Below are positions 12,111 to 27,447 of a DNA stretch of 64,000 nucleotides, piece by piece. A model generated the notes under the pieces. It searched no databases. It was not told the origin of the DNA and saw nothing but the letters and a program-made list of their open reading frames with translations. The stretch lies in NCBI RefSeq assembly GCF_009914755.1, contig NC_060929.1. The stretch is one strand, 5' to 3'. The position numbers and the translations under genes are program-made. Within the stretch, counting starts at the first letter, position 1. Each line of letters begins with the position of its first letter. This DNA comes from the human T2T-CHM13v2.0 reference genome, Homo sapiens.

Positions 12111-13523
12111 ACTGAGTCATTAAAAGGGCAAGGCACTCTGTCTTTTGACCTAATAGAAGTTTTACGTAAGTGTGAAAAGCCAAGAGCCATGCTAAAACCT
12201 TAATGCAAAGAGCTAGTGGGTCTCATCCATCTGGAAAATCTGGACCAGGCTTCCATAGCGCTGGCAATGGAGGTCCTTCCTGACTCTATTGGCCTCCCTT
12301 AGAACACAATGAATCCTGCACCTGAGGACCACAAGGACTCTTTTCTCAGCAGATGCATCTTCATACTGATGCAAGTTTCTCAATTTTCATAAAAGTTATT
12401 GAAATCCTTTAATATGTAATTACTTAATATTAATTTCATGGGACGAGGCTTTGAAAGAGCCCACAGGCTTATTTCAGCAGCATCAGTCACCTTGCATGCC
12501 AAGCCACTGTGACATTTCTCAGCTGTAACTTAAGGGAAGGCAAAGATAGCCTCTTGAGTTGGCTTATGCTGATTTCAGCAGGCTCACGAGCGGCAGCGCC
12601 CACAGGAAGGATGTGTACAGGATGTGTGCAGGTGTTCCTCACGCTCTATTCTTATGACATGTTTTGCTGAGTGATGACAAGTCATCATTTTCCCATGAGC
12701 GGCCACCTTCTCTTTCCTCAAACTTCTGAGTCATAAAAGGCTCAGGGCTATTTTCTCAGCTTGAGCAATGGCCAAGGAAAGACAGAGTGCCATGAGCATC
12801 CTTTCTCATGTCCTCTTTTTTTCCTGAACAATCCCAAGGAGAGAAACCCTGGGAGCCAAGTTTACAAGAGTAAATACAAGGAGGACAAAGATATTCTTTA
12901 CAACTAAGTGCACACCAGGAGAATGTTTAATGCAGTTCTTGCATGTCAGTTCTGTAACATCTCAGTCTGTCTTGATTGCCCACTCTCCCTTGGAGGCCAT
13001 GGGCTCTTCTGGAGGGCTGTGGGCTCCTCCACTTCAGGAGCTTTCCAGACAGCCTCTTCCTTACCTGCTACCATCCTGTAGGAGGTCCTGTGGAGGATGA
13101 CAAATGATGCTTTTCTTTACCTTAGAGCACTTAAATAAGAACAGAAAAACTAAGTTGATTTTCCAAATTTCCCTCTGAAAGTAAAGAGATTGGAGCCAAA
13201 AATATCTGGGTCCCCTGTCCAACATCCCAAATCTTCATTGTTCTGCTCCTGAATTTCTTCCAACCAAAGGCACTCCTGGCCTTCCTTCCTGCATCCAGTC
13301 TTGGAAGCAAATGTTACATTGCCACTTCCTTTTCTTAAACATTTCACTCACTATGTATCATCCCTCAAATTAAGGTCAAATATAATAATTTGGCTAACAG
13401 CTTCCTCATAATCTAGGCCCTCCCTCTCTTTTATAGTCTACTTTTGCTCCTTACATCCCAACCATAGAATTGGTCACATTTTCTGTTTCTAACCCTTGCA
13501 CGCGCTACCAGTAACACCTAAGG

Positions 13524-13812
13524 CAGTGATTCTCAACCGCAGAGAATCATTTGAGATACCTGTGTCCCTGACAAACTGCTTGGGAATCTCTGGGGTAGAC
13601 TGAAAGTTTCCCAGGTTTAAAACCCAGCCTGTATCAAGAGTCACCAGCTCAGGTTCTCACCCTTGGCTGCACATTAAATTCACCTGGAAACATTTAAAAT
13701 CCCAATGCTCGCCTACATTCAAAGCCATTACATCGGAATCTCTAAGCATGGGACTCAAGCATCAGTACTTTTTTTAAAGTTCTCTAGGTGCTTCCAATTT
13801 TATAAAGCACTG
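13524..13812. mobile_element. Two adjacent MER5-type (hAT-Charlie) MITEs, embedded in L2-like sequence
   Basis: cagtgattctcaacc... (13524) and ggttctcacccttggctgcacattaaattcacctgg...gaatctct...caagcatcagtactttttttaaag (from ~13650). Confidence 0.65.
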
Positions 13813-14684
13813 TCCTCAAGGGTTCTCTCCTACAGTCTCTGGATACCTTTTATTTATTCTTTAGACCTCACCTAGATGGAACTTTCTGAGAAGACTTTAC
13901 TGACCCAGGTGCTCACTTGAGTGTGCTTATACAATGTCTTTAGGCCATGACAACTTGACATAATTCCCTGTTTATTTATCTGTGTCCCCATCAGCTCTTG
14001 AGGGCAGAGACTGTGTGGTGCCCTTTAGATCCTTTAGAGCCCAAGGCAGGGACTATCAGGCAGTAAATGAGCATCCTTGAGCAGCGTCTCCTCTGTACCA
14101 GGCACTGTGCCTGAAGCGCCAAATGGTTTCTGTCCTCATGAGTTTCCAGTGCTCTCCTAAAATCCCCTATTCTTCCAACCTTTCAAAAGAGAACATATAG
14201 CAGCAATTTACCAACCAATTTCTTTGCCCCAGAGACGTGGTATGATGCCCAGGAGATAGAGCATAGCCCCACCCAGCTCCTAGTTTTACAAGGAAATCAT
14301 CCAACAGGAGAGAGAGAAACTCCCAGAGAATATTTCTGACCCTAAGAACACTGTTCTCATCTTGTTAGGTCCCAAATAAAAAACTGAAAAAGTAAAGACA
14401 CCAGTAAGGATGACAAATGCATGAAGGGTAATTTTCAGAACAGATTCTGGATACATCTGTTTCTATTTCAATTATTATTACGAACATAAGCAGGCTTCTG
14501 CTGGAGGGTTCTAAATGCAACCTGTGAAATTTGACTTAGGAAGCAACTAACAACATTGTCTGTAAAAAAGGAAAGGCACCATGCCAACGAGATATTAAGT
14601 AAATGAGTATAATAAGAATTGCATATATGTCCTTACTTTTAATCTTTGCAACAAAATGCTATTTCCTAGGCATTGTAGGATCAT

Positions 14685-14895
14685 GACAGATCTGGATTCT
14701 GGTGCTGACTTTGCCACTAGCTATATAAACTCAGGCAAATTACTTCCCTTCTCTGAACCTCAGTCTTCTGGTCTGTGAAATGTGGACAGTCCAGTTATCC
14801 ACCTCAGAGTGTTGTAAGAATTATATGAGATTGTTCAAGTAAATTTCTTAGCATAGTGTCTATCCTACAGTAATTTAATAGTAAATGCTTGCTCT
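14685..14895 (+). mobile_element. MIR SINE
   Basis: ctttgccactagctatataaactcaggcaaattacttcccttctctgaacctcagt...cttagcatagtgtct. Confidence 0.8.
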
Positions 14896-15947
14896 TCTCA
14901 TTATATTTTCTAGGCAAGGGTGGGAAACCCAGAGAGGAATTGCTTTTGATGGTAAGTGGGCTAAGACAGGGGTAAGAATTCACTGGAGAAGATGTTTTCC
15001 CCTTTGTGATGATGGATATTCAGGCTGCAGTCAACCACAGGTTGCACAAGTTTTATTTCCATTATTCACTGAAATTTGGCTCTAAGTTTTTATCATGACC
15101 CCCTTAAATGACTTGCCATGAATACTTAACCATAGTTTTCATTTCTTGCATGCTTTATTCTTTCCCTTTTCTTCCCTTTTACATATGAACATGTATGAAG
15201 ATCAAAACTCTGGAGCTATCACGCCTCACTTAGACAGTAGATCCAAGTACAGGACTCTCAGGTTTCTTTAGCTTCTTATTGCTATTCATGGATCATTGTC
15301 CTGGTACAACAACTATCACTGGATTTCTCACTGATTCACATTTATGGGACTGTTTTTAAATAATGGGAAGTGGATAATCAATTAGGGAATTATTATGGGA
15401 TAAATGAAATTCCTCTGAGTAGTGAAATATTAAAGTCTGTTTGCTATGATTTTTAAAAGTAACTTCAGTTTCATAGATAGAAATAATTTTTAGATCCATG
15501 CAAATGGTGCTACTGCAGCTATTTCAGTTGACGTATTTGCTGATTGTTATTTTGAAGGAAAAATTGGGTGGAGCATGTACTGGGAGAAGAGGGGGCAATG
15601 TAAGTTTGGAGAGGGAGGAGGTGTATATTTGTATGGGAGTTGGGCAGTTGCTGACTTTGTATGGATAAGAAAATCCATACAAGAATATACCATACTAAGG
15701 AAAATTGTCATCTCGTGAATTTCCTAAGGCCCACATCCATGGGTGGTAACATTAATTCATGTCCAACAAATCCATAGTTTTCCCAAAGGATCAGGAAACT
15801 AGACATCTAAAACATCTTTTCTCTAATTTTTTTCTTAAGTGTTCCTGATGCTGTGTTGATGAGAAATTTGTACTGCAATTTGTTTTCTCTCCTCTAAACA
15901 CGATCTCCCTAAATATTCCCTACTAATCTTATATTCATGCTTATGGG

Positions 15948-15948
<1 letters not shown>

Positions 15949-15987
<39 letters not shown>

Positions 15988-15996
15988 GATTGATAG
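15949..15996. repeat. (GATA)9 tetranucleotide STR with degenerate tail
   Basis: Perfect run 15949-15984. Confidence 0.97.
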
Positions 15997-16723
15997 AGGC
16001 AAGAAGTCTAAGATAGAGTGTTTCATTTCCTCAGACCCTCAGATTTCCATGTTATAGTCAGATAATATAACCCCATCATCATTGTTGCTATCACCCCAAG
16101 TATTTTGACTGTGCCTTCATAGTGGCCAGTGAAGCCAGGCATGGTGTGTCACAGCAATCTCATGCTTGAGCATGCCATCCACATGAATTTTAATTGCTAT
16201 AGCCAGATTGTGTCCTCTTTTACTTTATCTCTTAGACTTAATGGTGCCCATAATATTGACCCAATTCAAATAGTTCAACCTTATTCCTGAACTCTTTGGT
16301 CACAAGAGATCTCTGCTGGGAAAGTCTATCATGAGCAGCTCTGTTTGGTAGAGAGCTTAGAAAAATGTGTCCCTGACATGGAAAATGTAGGCCCAGTGGG
16401 TTTCGTGCTATAATTACATGTTTCTGGATTTATAAACCAATTCCATGATAAACCAAGCATAGTGCCCAGTTGGCAAATTGATGCCCCACTGACTCCAGGT
16501 TGGATACCAATACTGGAATTCCAGATTGAAACCTTGCTGCAATGCAGTCAGCCATATGCATAGTCATTTTTCTCACTGATTTTATTGAGGTCTAAGCTCT
16601 CCTACATCTTAAACCTGACTAGATATACACTAGGCAGGAGTTTGTTCATTAATAAGTAGATGAGGGGTTGGAGGAAGTTTTTTTTGAGGCAGATCTGAGT
16701 TTCTGAGAACATGTCTACCCTAG

Positions 16724-17113
16724 TGTTAGGAACTGAATCGTGTCCCTGCAAAATTCCTATGTTGAAATTCTTACACCTGGTACACCACATAACGTGATTC
16801 TATTTGGAGATAAGATCTTTAAAGAGATAATTAGGGTTAAATGAGGTTATATGGATGGGGCCTGATTTAATATGGCTGTGTTCTTATAAGAAGAGCGACA
16901 CCAGGGATGTGTGTACAGAGAAGAAGGCCACGTGGGGACACAGCGAGAAGGTGCCTGTCTGCAAGCTTAAAAGAGAAGCCTCAGAAAAAACTGAACCCGC
17001 CAAGAATTTGATCTTAGACTTCCAGCCTCCAGAACTGTGATAAAGTAAATTTATGTTGTTTAAGCCACCTAGTTTGTGGGATTCTGTTATGGCAGCCCTA
17101 GCAAACTAATACA
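16724..17113 (+). mobile_element. MLT1B MaLR solo LTR (full length, 390 bp)
   Basis: TG...CA ends; 5-bp TSD cctag/cctgg; cttagacttccagcctccagaactgtga...ggcagccctagcaaactaataca. Confidence 0.92.
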
Positions 17114-17479
17114 CCTGGAGAAAAATTACGGCAAAGTTAAACCATCTTACTGAACGTGAAGAAGAAGGTGTCTTGTCATTTTTATATTACATTGCTTAGG
17201 TTTTTCTTATTTCTAGTCATTGAAATTACTGTAACCCTTAAATCTCAAAATATGTTATATTGGTGTTTTTTGTTTTAAGTTTCCTTTAAGGAGGTTTCCA
17301 TTTGTTTAAGCCTCTTCTTTTGCATGGGTCCATTCAGTGGGCATTTTCTTCTTCACATGTTTCAGGGCATAAGGAAGTGAGTAAGAGAATGAGCTCCATG
17401 TCAGACCAACCAAGACTGTCGTGTCCAACACTAACTAGGATTATGACCATAGAATCTTACTATGTTCTCACAAGTTTTA

Positions 17480-17509
17480 TGACCTTGACCCCTGTGACCT
17501 CTATGACTT
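17480..17509 (-). promoter_or_regulatory. Array of four nuclear-receptor half-sites (DR3-DR3-DR0, includes TCAAGGTCA)
   Basis: Minus strand reads AAGTCA-tag-AGGTCA-cag-GGGTCA-AGGTCA. Confidence 0.35.
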
Positions 17510-18249
17510 TTCATAGGCCTTTATCAGCTTCACATAAATGCCTATAAAGGGAAATTTAGTACGAAATCTTTAATTTTTTCTCATCCCTCTCCCTATTCTT
17601 CCAGTGACAATACTTTGTCAAGATTCAATTTCCACTTCAGGAGTGCTATCAAAATATTATTTATAACCATATATAATTGCACATGAAAATTAAAGCAGTA
17701 GAAAGTTATTTTATGAGGCAGAACATGTGGAGCTAACTACATATGTTTAATTCTGTATACTCCAGAAGATGGTGGTTTGATAAAATGTTAAATATAAATT
17801 GGGGACTAGGATTTTGCTTAGAGAAAGGAATCATCTGTAATACTCAGTAAAAACCATCTGCCAAGGCGTCAGAACTCACACATGGAGGAATAAAATCCTC
17901 AAATAAACCACTGCAGAAAGGAACGGCTTCAGGGACCCTTCCACTCCAGGATGCCATCTGGCACACTCCTTCTTTCAGCTTATATGACTTCAAGAGCCTT
18001 GGAGCTGGTTAGCACTGTCAGAGAAACTTCAAGCATCAACCACAAACATCAAAAGTAAAGGTCTCATGCCCTCTTCTTCTTCATCCTTCAATACTACTTT
18101 TTTAGTTGTAGTTTGTTGCATAAATGGGTAAAGCGCGGAAGATAGCAGGAATATACAGTCATGTCATTTAAAATATGTTTGTCTTCTCTTTCTTTTTTTA
18201 TTTTTGCTTTGTTATTTTAAGTGGGCATTTGTCAACTACAAAGACAACA

Positions 18250-18440
18250 GTAGGAACTTTAATTTGGATTATAACTCAACTCGCATTATAACTCAACAGA
18301 GGTCTTGACTTTTCTAAGATTCAGTTTTGCGATCTATAAAATGGGGATAGCAACACTTTGATATTGTAAAGATTCACTGTGGTAGAACACATTTGAGCTC
18401 CTAGCCCAGGCCCTGCTCAGTGCTCACAGATATTAGCTAT
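18250..18440 (+). mobile_element. MIR fragment with a 13-bp local duplication
   Basis: ttcagttttgcgatctataaaatggggatagcaacac; attataactcaac repeated at 18268 and 18285. Confidence 0.55.
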
Positions 18441-18799
18441 GACCCTGGTTAGCCTCAGATCTCAAGAGCTACCTGCACAAAGACATTGCACATTGTCTTC
18501 CTCTTTGAGGTGTGGCAGTGCTACCTTCGTAGCTCCATCATCAGGTTTCTGAGATTGTTTTTTACATTTATCCATCTATTCTTTTATTTTTTTACATACT
18601 TCAAGTTCTGGGGTATATGTACAGAACGTGCAGGTTTGTTACAAAGGTATGCATGTGCCATGGTGGCTTGCTGCACCCATCAACCCACCATCTACATTAG
18701 GTATTTGTCCTAATGCTATCCCTCACCTAGCCCCCAACCCCCTGACAGGCCCCAGTGTGTGTGTGATTTCCCCTCCCTGTGTCCATGTGTTCTCATTGT

Positions 18800-22645
<3,846 letters not shown>

Positions 22646-22708
22646 TATGATGATAGCTGGTTATTTTGCTCGTTAGTTGATGCAGTTTCTTCATAACATC
22701 GATGGTCT

Positions 22709-23727
22709 TTTCAATTTGGCATGTTTTTGCAGTGGCTGGTACCAGTTGTTGCTTTCCATGTTTAGTGCTTCCTTCAGGAGCTCTTGTAAGGCAGGCCTGG
22801 TGGTGACAAAATCTTTCAGGTTTTGCTTGTCTGTAAAGGATTTTATTTCTCCTTCACTTATGAAGCTTAGTTTGGCTGGATATGAAATTCTGGGTTGAAA
22901 ATTCTTTTCTTTAAGAATGTTGAATATTGGCCCCCACTCTCTTCTGGCTTATAGGTTTTCTGCAGAGTGATCCACTGTTATTCTGATGGGCTCCCCTTTG
23001 TGGGTAACCCGACCTTTCTCTCTGGCTGCCCTTAACATTTTTTCCTTCATTTCAACCTTGGTGAATGTGACAATTATGTGTCTTCGGGTTGCTCTTCTTG
23101 AAGAGTATCTTTGTGGTGTTCTCTGTATTTCCTGAATTTGAATGTTGGCCTGCCTTACTAGGTTGGGGAAGTTCTCCCAGATAATATCCTGAAGAGTGTT
23201 ATCCAACTTGGTTCCCTTCTCCCATCACTTTCAGATACACCAATCAAATATAGATTTGGTCTTTTCACATAGTCCCATATTTCTTGGAGGCTTTGTTCAT
23301 TTCTTTTCACTCTTTTTTCTGTAATCTTGTCTTTTTGCTTTATTTCATTGATCTTCAATCTCTGATATCCTTTCTTCCACTTGATCGTTTTGGCTGTTGA
23401 TACTTGTGTATGCTTCATGAAGTTCTCGTGCTTTGTTTTACAGCTCCATCAGGTCATTTACATTCTTCTCTAAGCTGGTTATTCTAGTTAGCAATTCATC
23501 TAACCTGTTTTCAAGTTCTTAACTTCCTTGCATTGGGTTAGAACATGCTCCTTTAGCTTGGAGGAGTTTGTTATTACTCACCTTCTGAAGCCTACTTCTG
23601 TCAATTTGTCAAATTCATTCTCCATCCAGTTTTGTTCCCTTGCTGGTGAGGAGTTGTGATCATTTGGAGGAGAAGAGGCATTCAGGTTTTTGGAATTTTC
23701 AGCCTTTTTGCACTGGTTTCTCCCCAT
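22709..23727 (-). pseudogene. L1 ORF1p, disrupted
   Basis: ATG at 23727 (atggggagaaaccagtgc). Fragments KRNEQSLQEIWDYVKRPNL and ENFPNLVRQANIQIQEIQRTPQRYSSRR. Frameshifted; the canonical stop at 22709-22711 appears mutated. Confidence 0.9.
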
Positions 23728-24721
23728 CTTCGTGGATTTAACTACCTTTTGTCTTTGAAGTCGGTGACCTTCAGATGGGGTCTCTGAGTGGACGTCTTTT
23801 TGTTGATGTTGATACTATTCCTTTCTGTTTGTTAGTTTTCCTTCTAACTGTCAGGCCCCTCTGCTACAGGTCTGCTGGAGTTTGCTGGAGGTCCACTCCA
23901 GGCCCTGTTGTCATGGGTGTCACTGGCGGAGGCTGCAGAACAGCAAAGATTGCTGCCTGTTCCTTCTTCTTGATGCTTCATCCCAGAGGGGCACCTGCCA
24001 GATGCCAGTCAGAGCTCTCCTGTATGAGATGTCTGTCGGCCCCTACTGGGAGGTGTCTTCCAGTCAGGATACACAGGAGTCAGGGACCCACTTGAGGAGG
24101 CAATCTGTCCCTCATCAGAGCTTGAACTCTATGCTGGGAGATCCGCACTCTCCCCATCTATTCTTATGTATATATTCACTGCATGTTACATACTAGGTGG
24201 ATTAAGCATAAGGAATTCTCCTTCTTGTTCTCTTGGGACTTTGATTTAAAAGACTTATAGCAAAACTTCACTTTGGGTCCCAATGTTCTTTCAATGTTTA
24301 TTTATCCATGCATTGTATGATGCATTTGGGAAGGTCTACTTGCTGGGAGTGCATCTGTTTTACTTTTACATAGTTCTCGATGTCACCACATTACCACCAC
24401 TCTAGGTAAGCAGCTCTCCATGTTAGTCACCATGTAATAGGTTTTCTGGGACCACAATACCACTCCTAGAGCAAATTTCAAGTGTGGCTGCAATCCTTTC
24501 ATCCTTGCCCCAGGCCATAGACATCACAGTTTATGGTTAACTCACCTTTCTAATCTTAAGCACTCCTTTCTACTGCCATCACCTCAGGTATTTTTTAAAA
24601 AGAGAAGGGCTTCCCTCAGCAGAAGCCCTATCTTCCTATTCTAATTTCTCTCCTCAATCTTTGCCCACTTTCTTGACTTACGGAATTACTTTTTTTTTGG
24701 CCACATAATCCACCGTAGTCA

Positions 24722-24810
24722 AGCAAGGTCAGACAATAGAACTTTTTGTGATGACAGAAATACACATACATACACAAAGATATGCATATATATGCACAGC
24801 ATATATGTAA

Positions 24811-24853
<43 letters not shown>

Positions 24854-24970
24854 CTGCCTACCAGCCATGTGGCTGTTGATTATTTGAAATGTAGCTATTG
24901 AAACAAAGCATATTTTAACTTTTAGTTTAAATTTAAATAACCACACATATTACTCTGTTGAACAACCTGC
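24722..24970. mobile_element. MER3-like (hAT-Charlie) MITE containing a microsatellite
   Basis: caatagaactttttgtgatgacagaaat...ccagccatgtggctgttgattatttgaaatgtagcta...tttaaatttaaataaccaca. Confidence 0.75.
24816..24850. repeat. (TG)17 microsatellite
   Basis: Seen directly; preceded by a TA/CA-rich low-complexity stretch. Confidence 0.98.
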
Positions 24971-25164
24971 TCTAATACATATGATATTATTGCAGGAAAC
25001 AACTAGATTCTAGTCAGGGACTCTCATAGGTACATGTGACCCAGATGCCTTCAGTCAGACTTAGCACCAACATATCACCTTTTCCCTTGGAGGGGAGAGC
25101 TGAAGTAGAAAGTGGACAACTTTACTCTTAGTTGTCCCTCCCTTTATTTCCTCTTTAGACTAAC

Positions 25165-25352
25165 TAATAACTGTTACTCATTGCATTTTGCTAGGGACAA
25201 ATATGCATATATTAACTAAAATATTCACAACAGTGCAGAAATACAGTAATTATCCATATTTTACAGATGAGTCTCAGAAGAATGAAGTAAGTTGCTTGAC
25301 ACTGCAAAGTTAATAAGCCACAGACTTGAGATTTAAACCAAGGTCTGCCTTA
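25165..25352 (-). mobile_element. MIR SINE
   Basis: ttatccatattttacagatgag...gagatttaaaccaaggtctgcct. Confidence 0.7.
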
Positions 25353-26984
25353 GAGACATCTCATCTTCTCACTGTCACTGCTCTCCAGCGTGTGACACAC
25401 ATCCATCTTTGGGATTATTTGTCATCATTGCACATTCAAAACACTGCCTGCTACTCAAATATCTTGGCTTCTTAGACTGATTTTTCTCTTTCTTTTCACA
25501 GCCTTTTCTCTGCTTCATATTTTTCTTTCCTAGATTTGTTTTTCCTCTTATATTTTTCTCCTAAAAGGCTACCATCCCCTCAGTTTTCCTGGTTTTACTG
25601 CCCTGCTCCCGTATCCAGCTTGCACTCTAGGGGTTAAGCTGATCTGATCACATTGCATTTCCTTACCGTGTTTCCTATGTGACTAAGCAATGCACAGCTG
25701 AGTTTTCAATGCAGTTCCATAGATTCCTGACTTATTTTTCCAAGTCCATATTTATACTTGAACAAGGATAACTTCAGCTGTCATTATAGCCTCTTGTAAA
25801 CTCACTAGTACACATTTGAGGAGATGGGATGCTCTTTCAAAGGGCCAGGTCTTTTTTTGCCATCAATTTGTAGGGGCCTTATAAAAATAATCCAATGGCT
25901 ATATTTCCTCAGTTCATCCTCCCAATCCCTAGGTGTGTTACTATTTCTCATTTTGCTAGTGAAGAAACAGAAGCTTACAATGATTTTGCAATTTGCAGCA
26001 ACCATATGAGAAAATCAGAAGGGACTCAGAAAATAGAAGCTGTGCAACCTAAGGGTAAGGCACAATTCCCAAAGGTAGTAAAGAGTAACCTCTTCCTAAC
26101 AAACTCAGTGGCATTTATTTGCAAGCAGTTCTCAAAAATAAAAATAGGCAAAAACTGGAAATGCTATTTCAGACCACACATCCAGACTGCTTCTCAAAAT
26201 GACCTAATTGGAAATTTCTCAAGGCCGAAGTAGTCCATCTCCCTAGGCATACAATTTGCTGAGGGCAAGGAGTTAAAGGTAGCTACAGCAGCAGAGTAGG
26301 ACTCTTTGTAATTGTGGGTGGATTTATGACAATACTCTGATAGCAACATAAAACCAGTATTTCCAAGCATGAGTCAACTTAGTGTTCTAGTAACTTGAGT
26401 AGTACACGATGGCCAGTAAATGCTCTGTAAATGGAACTGCAAAACATTTGATTTAAGCCAATTCACTTATCTTATGGAATTGCTGAGAGGTCTCCATGGG
26501 CATTTATTGCAGACAGCCCTTCCTTTGAAGGGCTGGAGCTATCTTCCTGAGTCAGAGTACTTTTGAGCATGGGAAGTCAACATTATCTTCCAAGGCTTCT
26601 TTACTGTTTGTGTAAAGCAAACTTCCATTTTACCAGATTTTTTAAATGAAACTCGTTTTATGTCTTCATTGGATTTTTTATTCACCTTCTTGCAAGATCA
26701 TCAGTAGATATTCCATATGGGAGACATTGTCCATTTTTGAAAGGCGGCAAGAACAATGTTGTATAACTGTAGGTTCAAGAATTTTTCTCAGCATAACTTA
26801 TCACTACTCATGAAGAAAATTTAGAAGGACATAGAAGGACGTTGCTATATCCAGCATTAATACCCAGGTCAGCTAGTCTAAAAAAAAAAACGGAAAGAGA
26901 CCAAGTGGATCAGTGATGGGAACAACATGTGAAGGTTTTTAAAAACAATATTAGTAAAAACATAAACAGAGAGCAGTAAATCAC

Positions 26985-27447
26985 TGTATTAGTTTCTAAG
27001 GTCTGTCATTACAAATTACTACAAACTGAGTTGCTCAAAACAGAAGTTTATTCTCTCACAGTTCTGGAGACTAGAATTCCAAAATCAGTCAGCAAGGTTT
27101 GTTCCTTCTGAAGTTTCCAGGGAAAAATCTGTCCTGTGCCTGTGTTCTGGCTTCTGGTGGTTTCCAGTGAGCCTTGACATTCCTGGCACTATTCCAATCT
27201 CTTCCTCACCATGATCCCTAAACATGATGCCAGTTCACAGTGACAGTCATCAAATGGCCTTCTTCCCATGTGTCTCCACATGACCATCTTCAAAGGACAC
27301 CAGACATTGGACTTAGGACCTACCCTAATCCAGTATCACCTCATTTTAATTTAACTGATTATGTCTGCAAAGACCGTTTTTCCAAATAAGGTAACATTTT
27401 GCAATTCCAAGTAGAATAAATTTTGAAGATGCTATTCAATCAGTACA
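26985..27447 (-). mobile_element. MLT1C-like MaLR solo LTR
   Basis: TG...CA ends with perfect 5-bp TSD atcac (26980-26984 and 27448-27452); ttattctctcacagttctggaga, ctgcaaagaccgttttccaaataaggtaaca. Confidence 0.9.
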
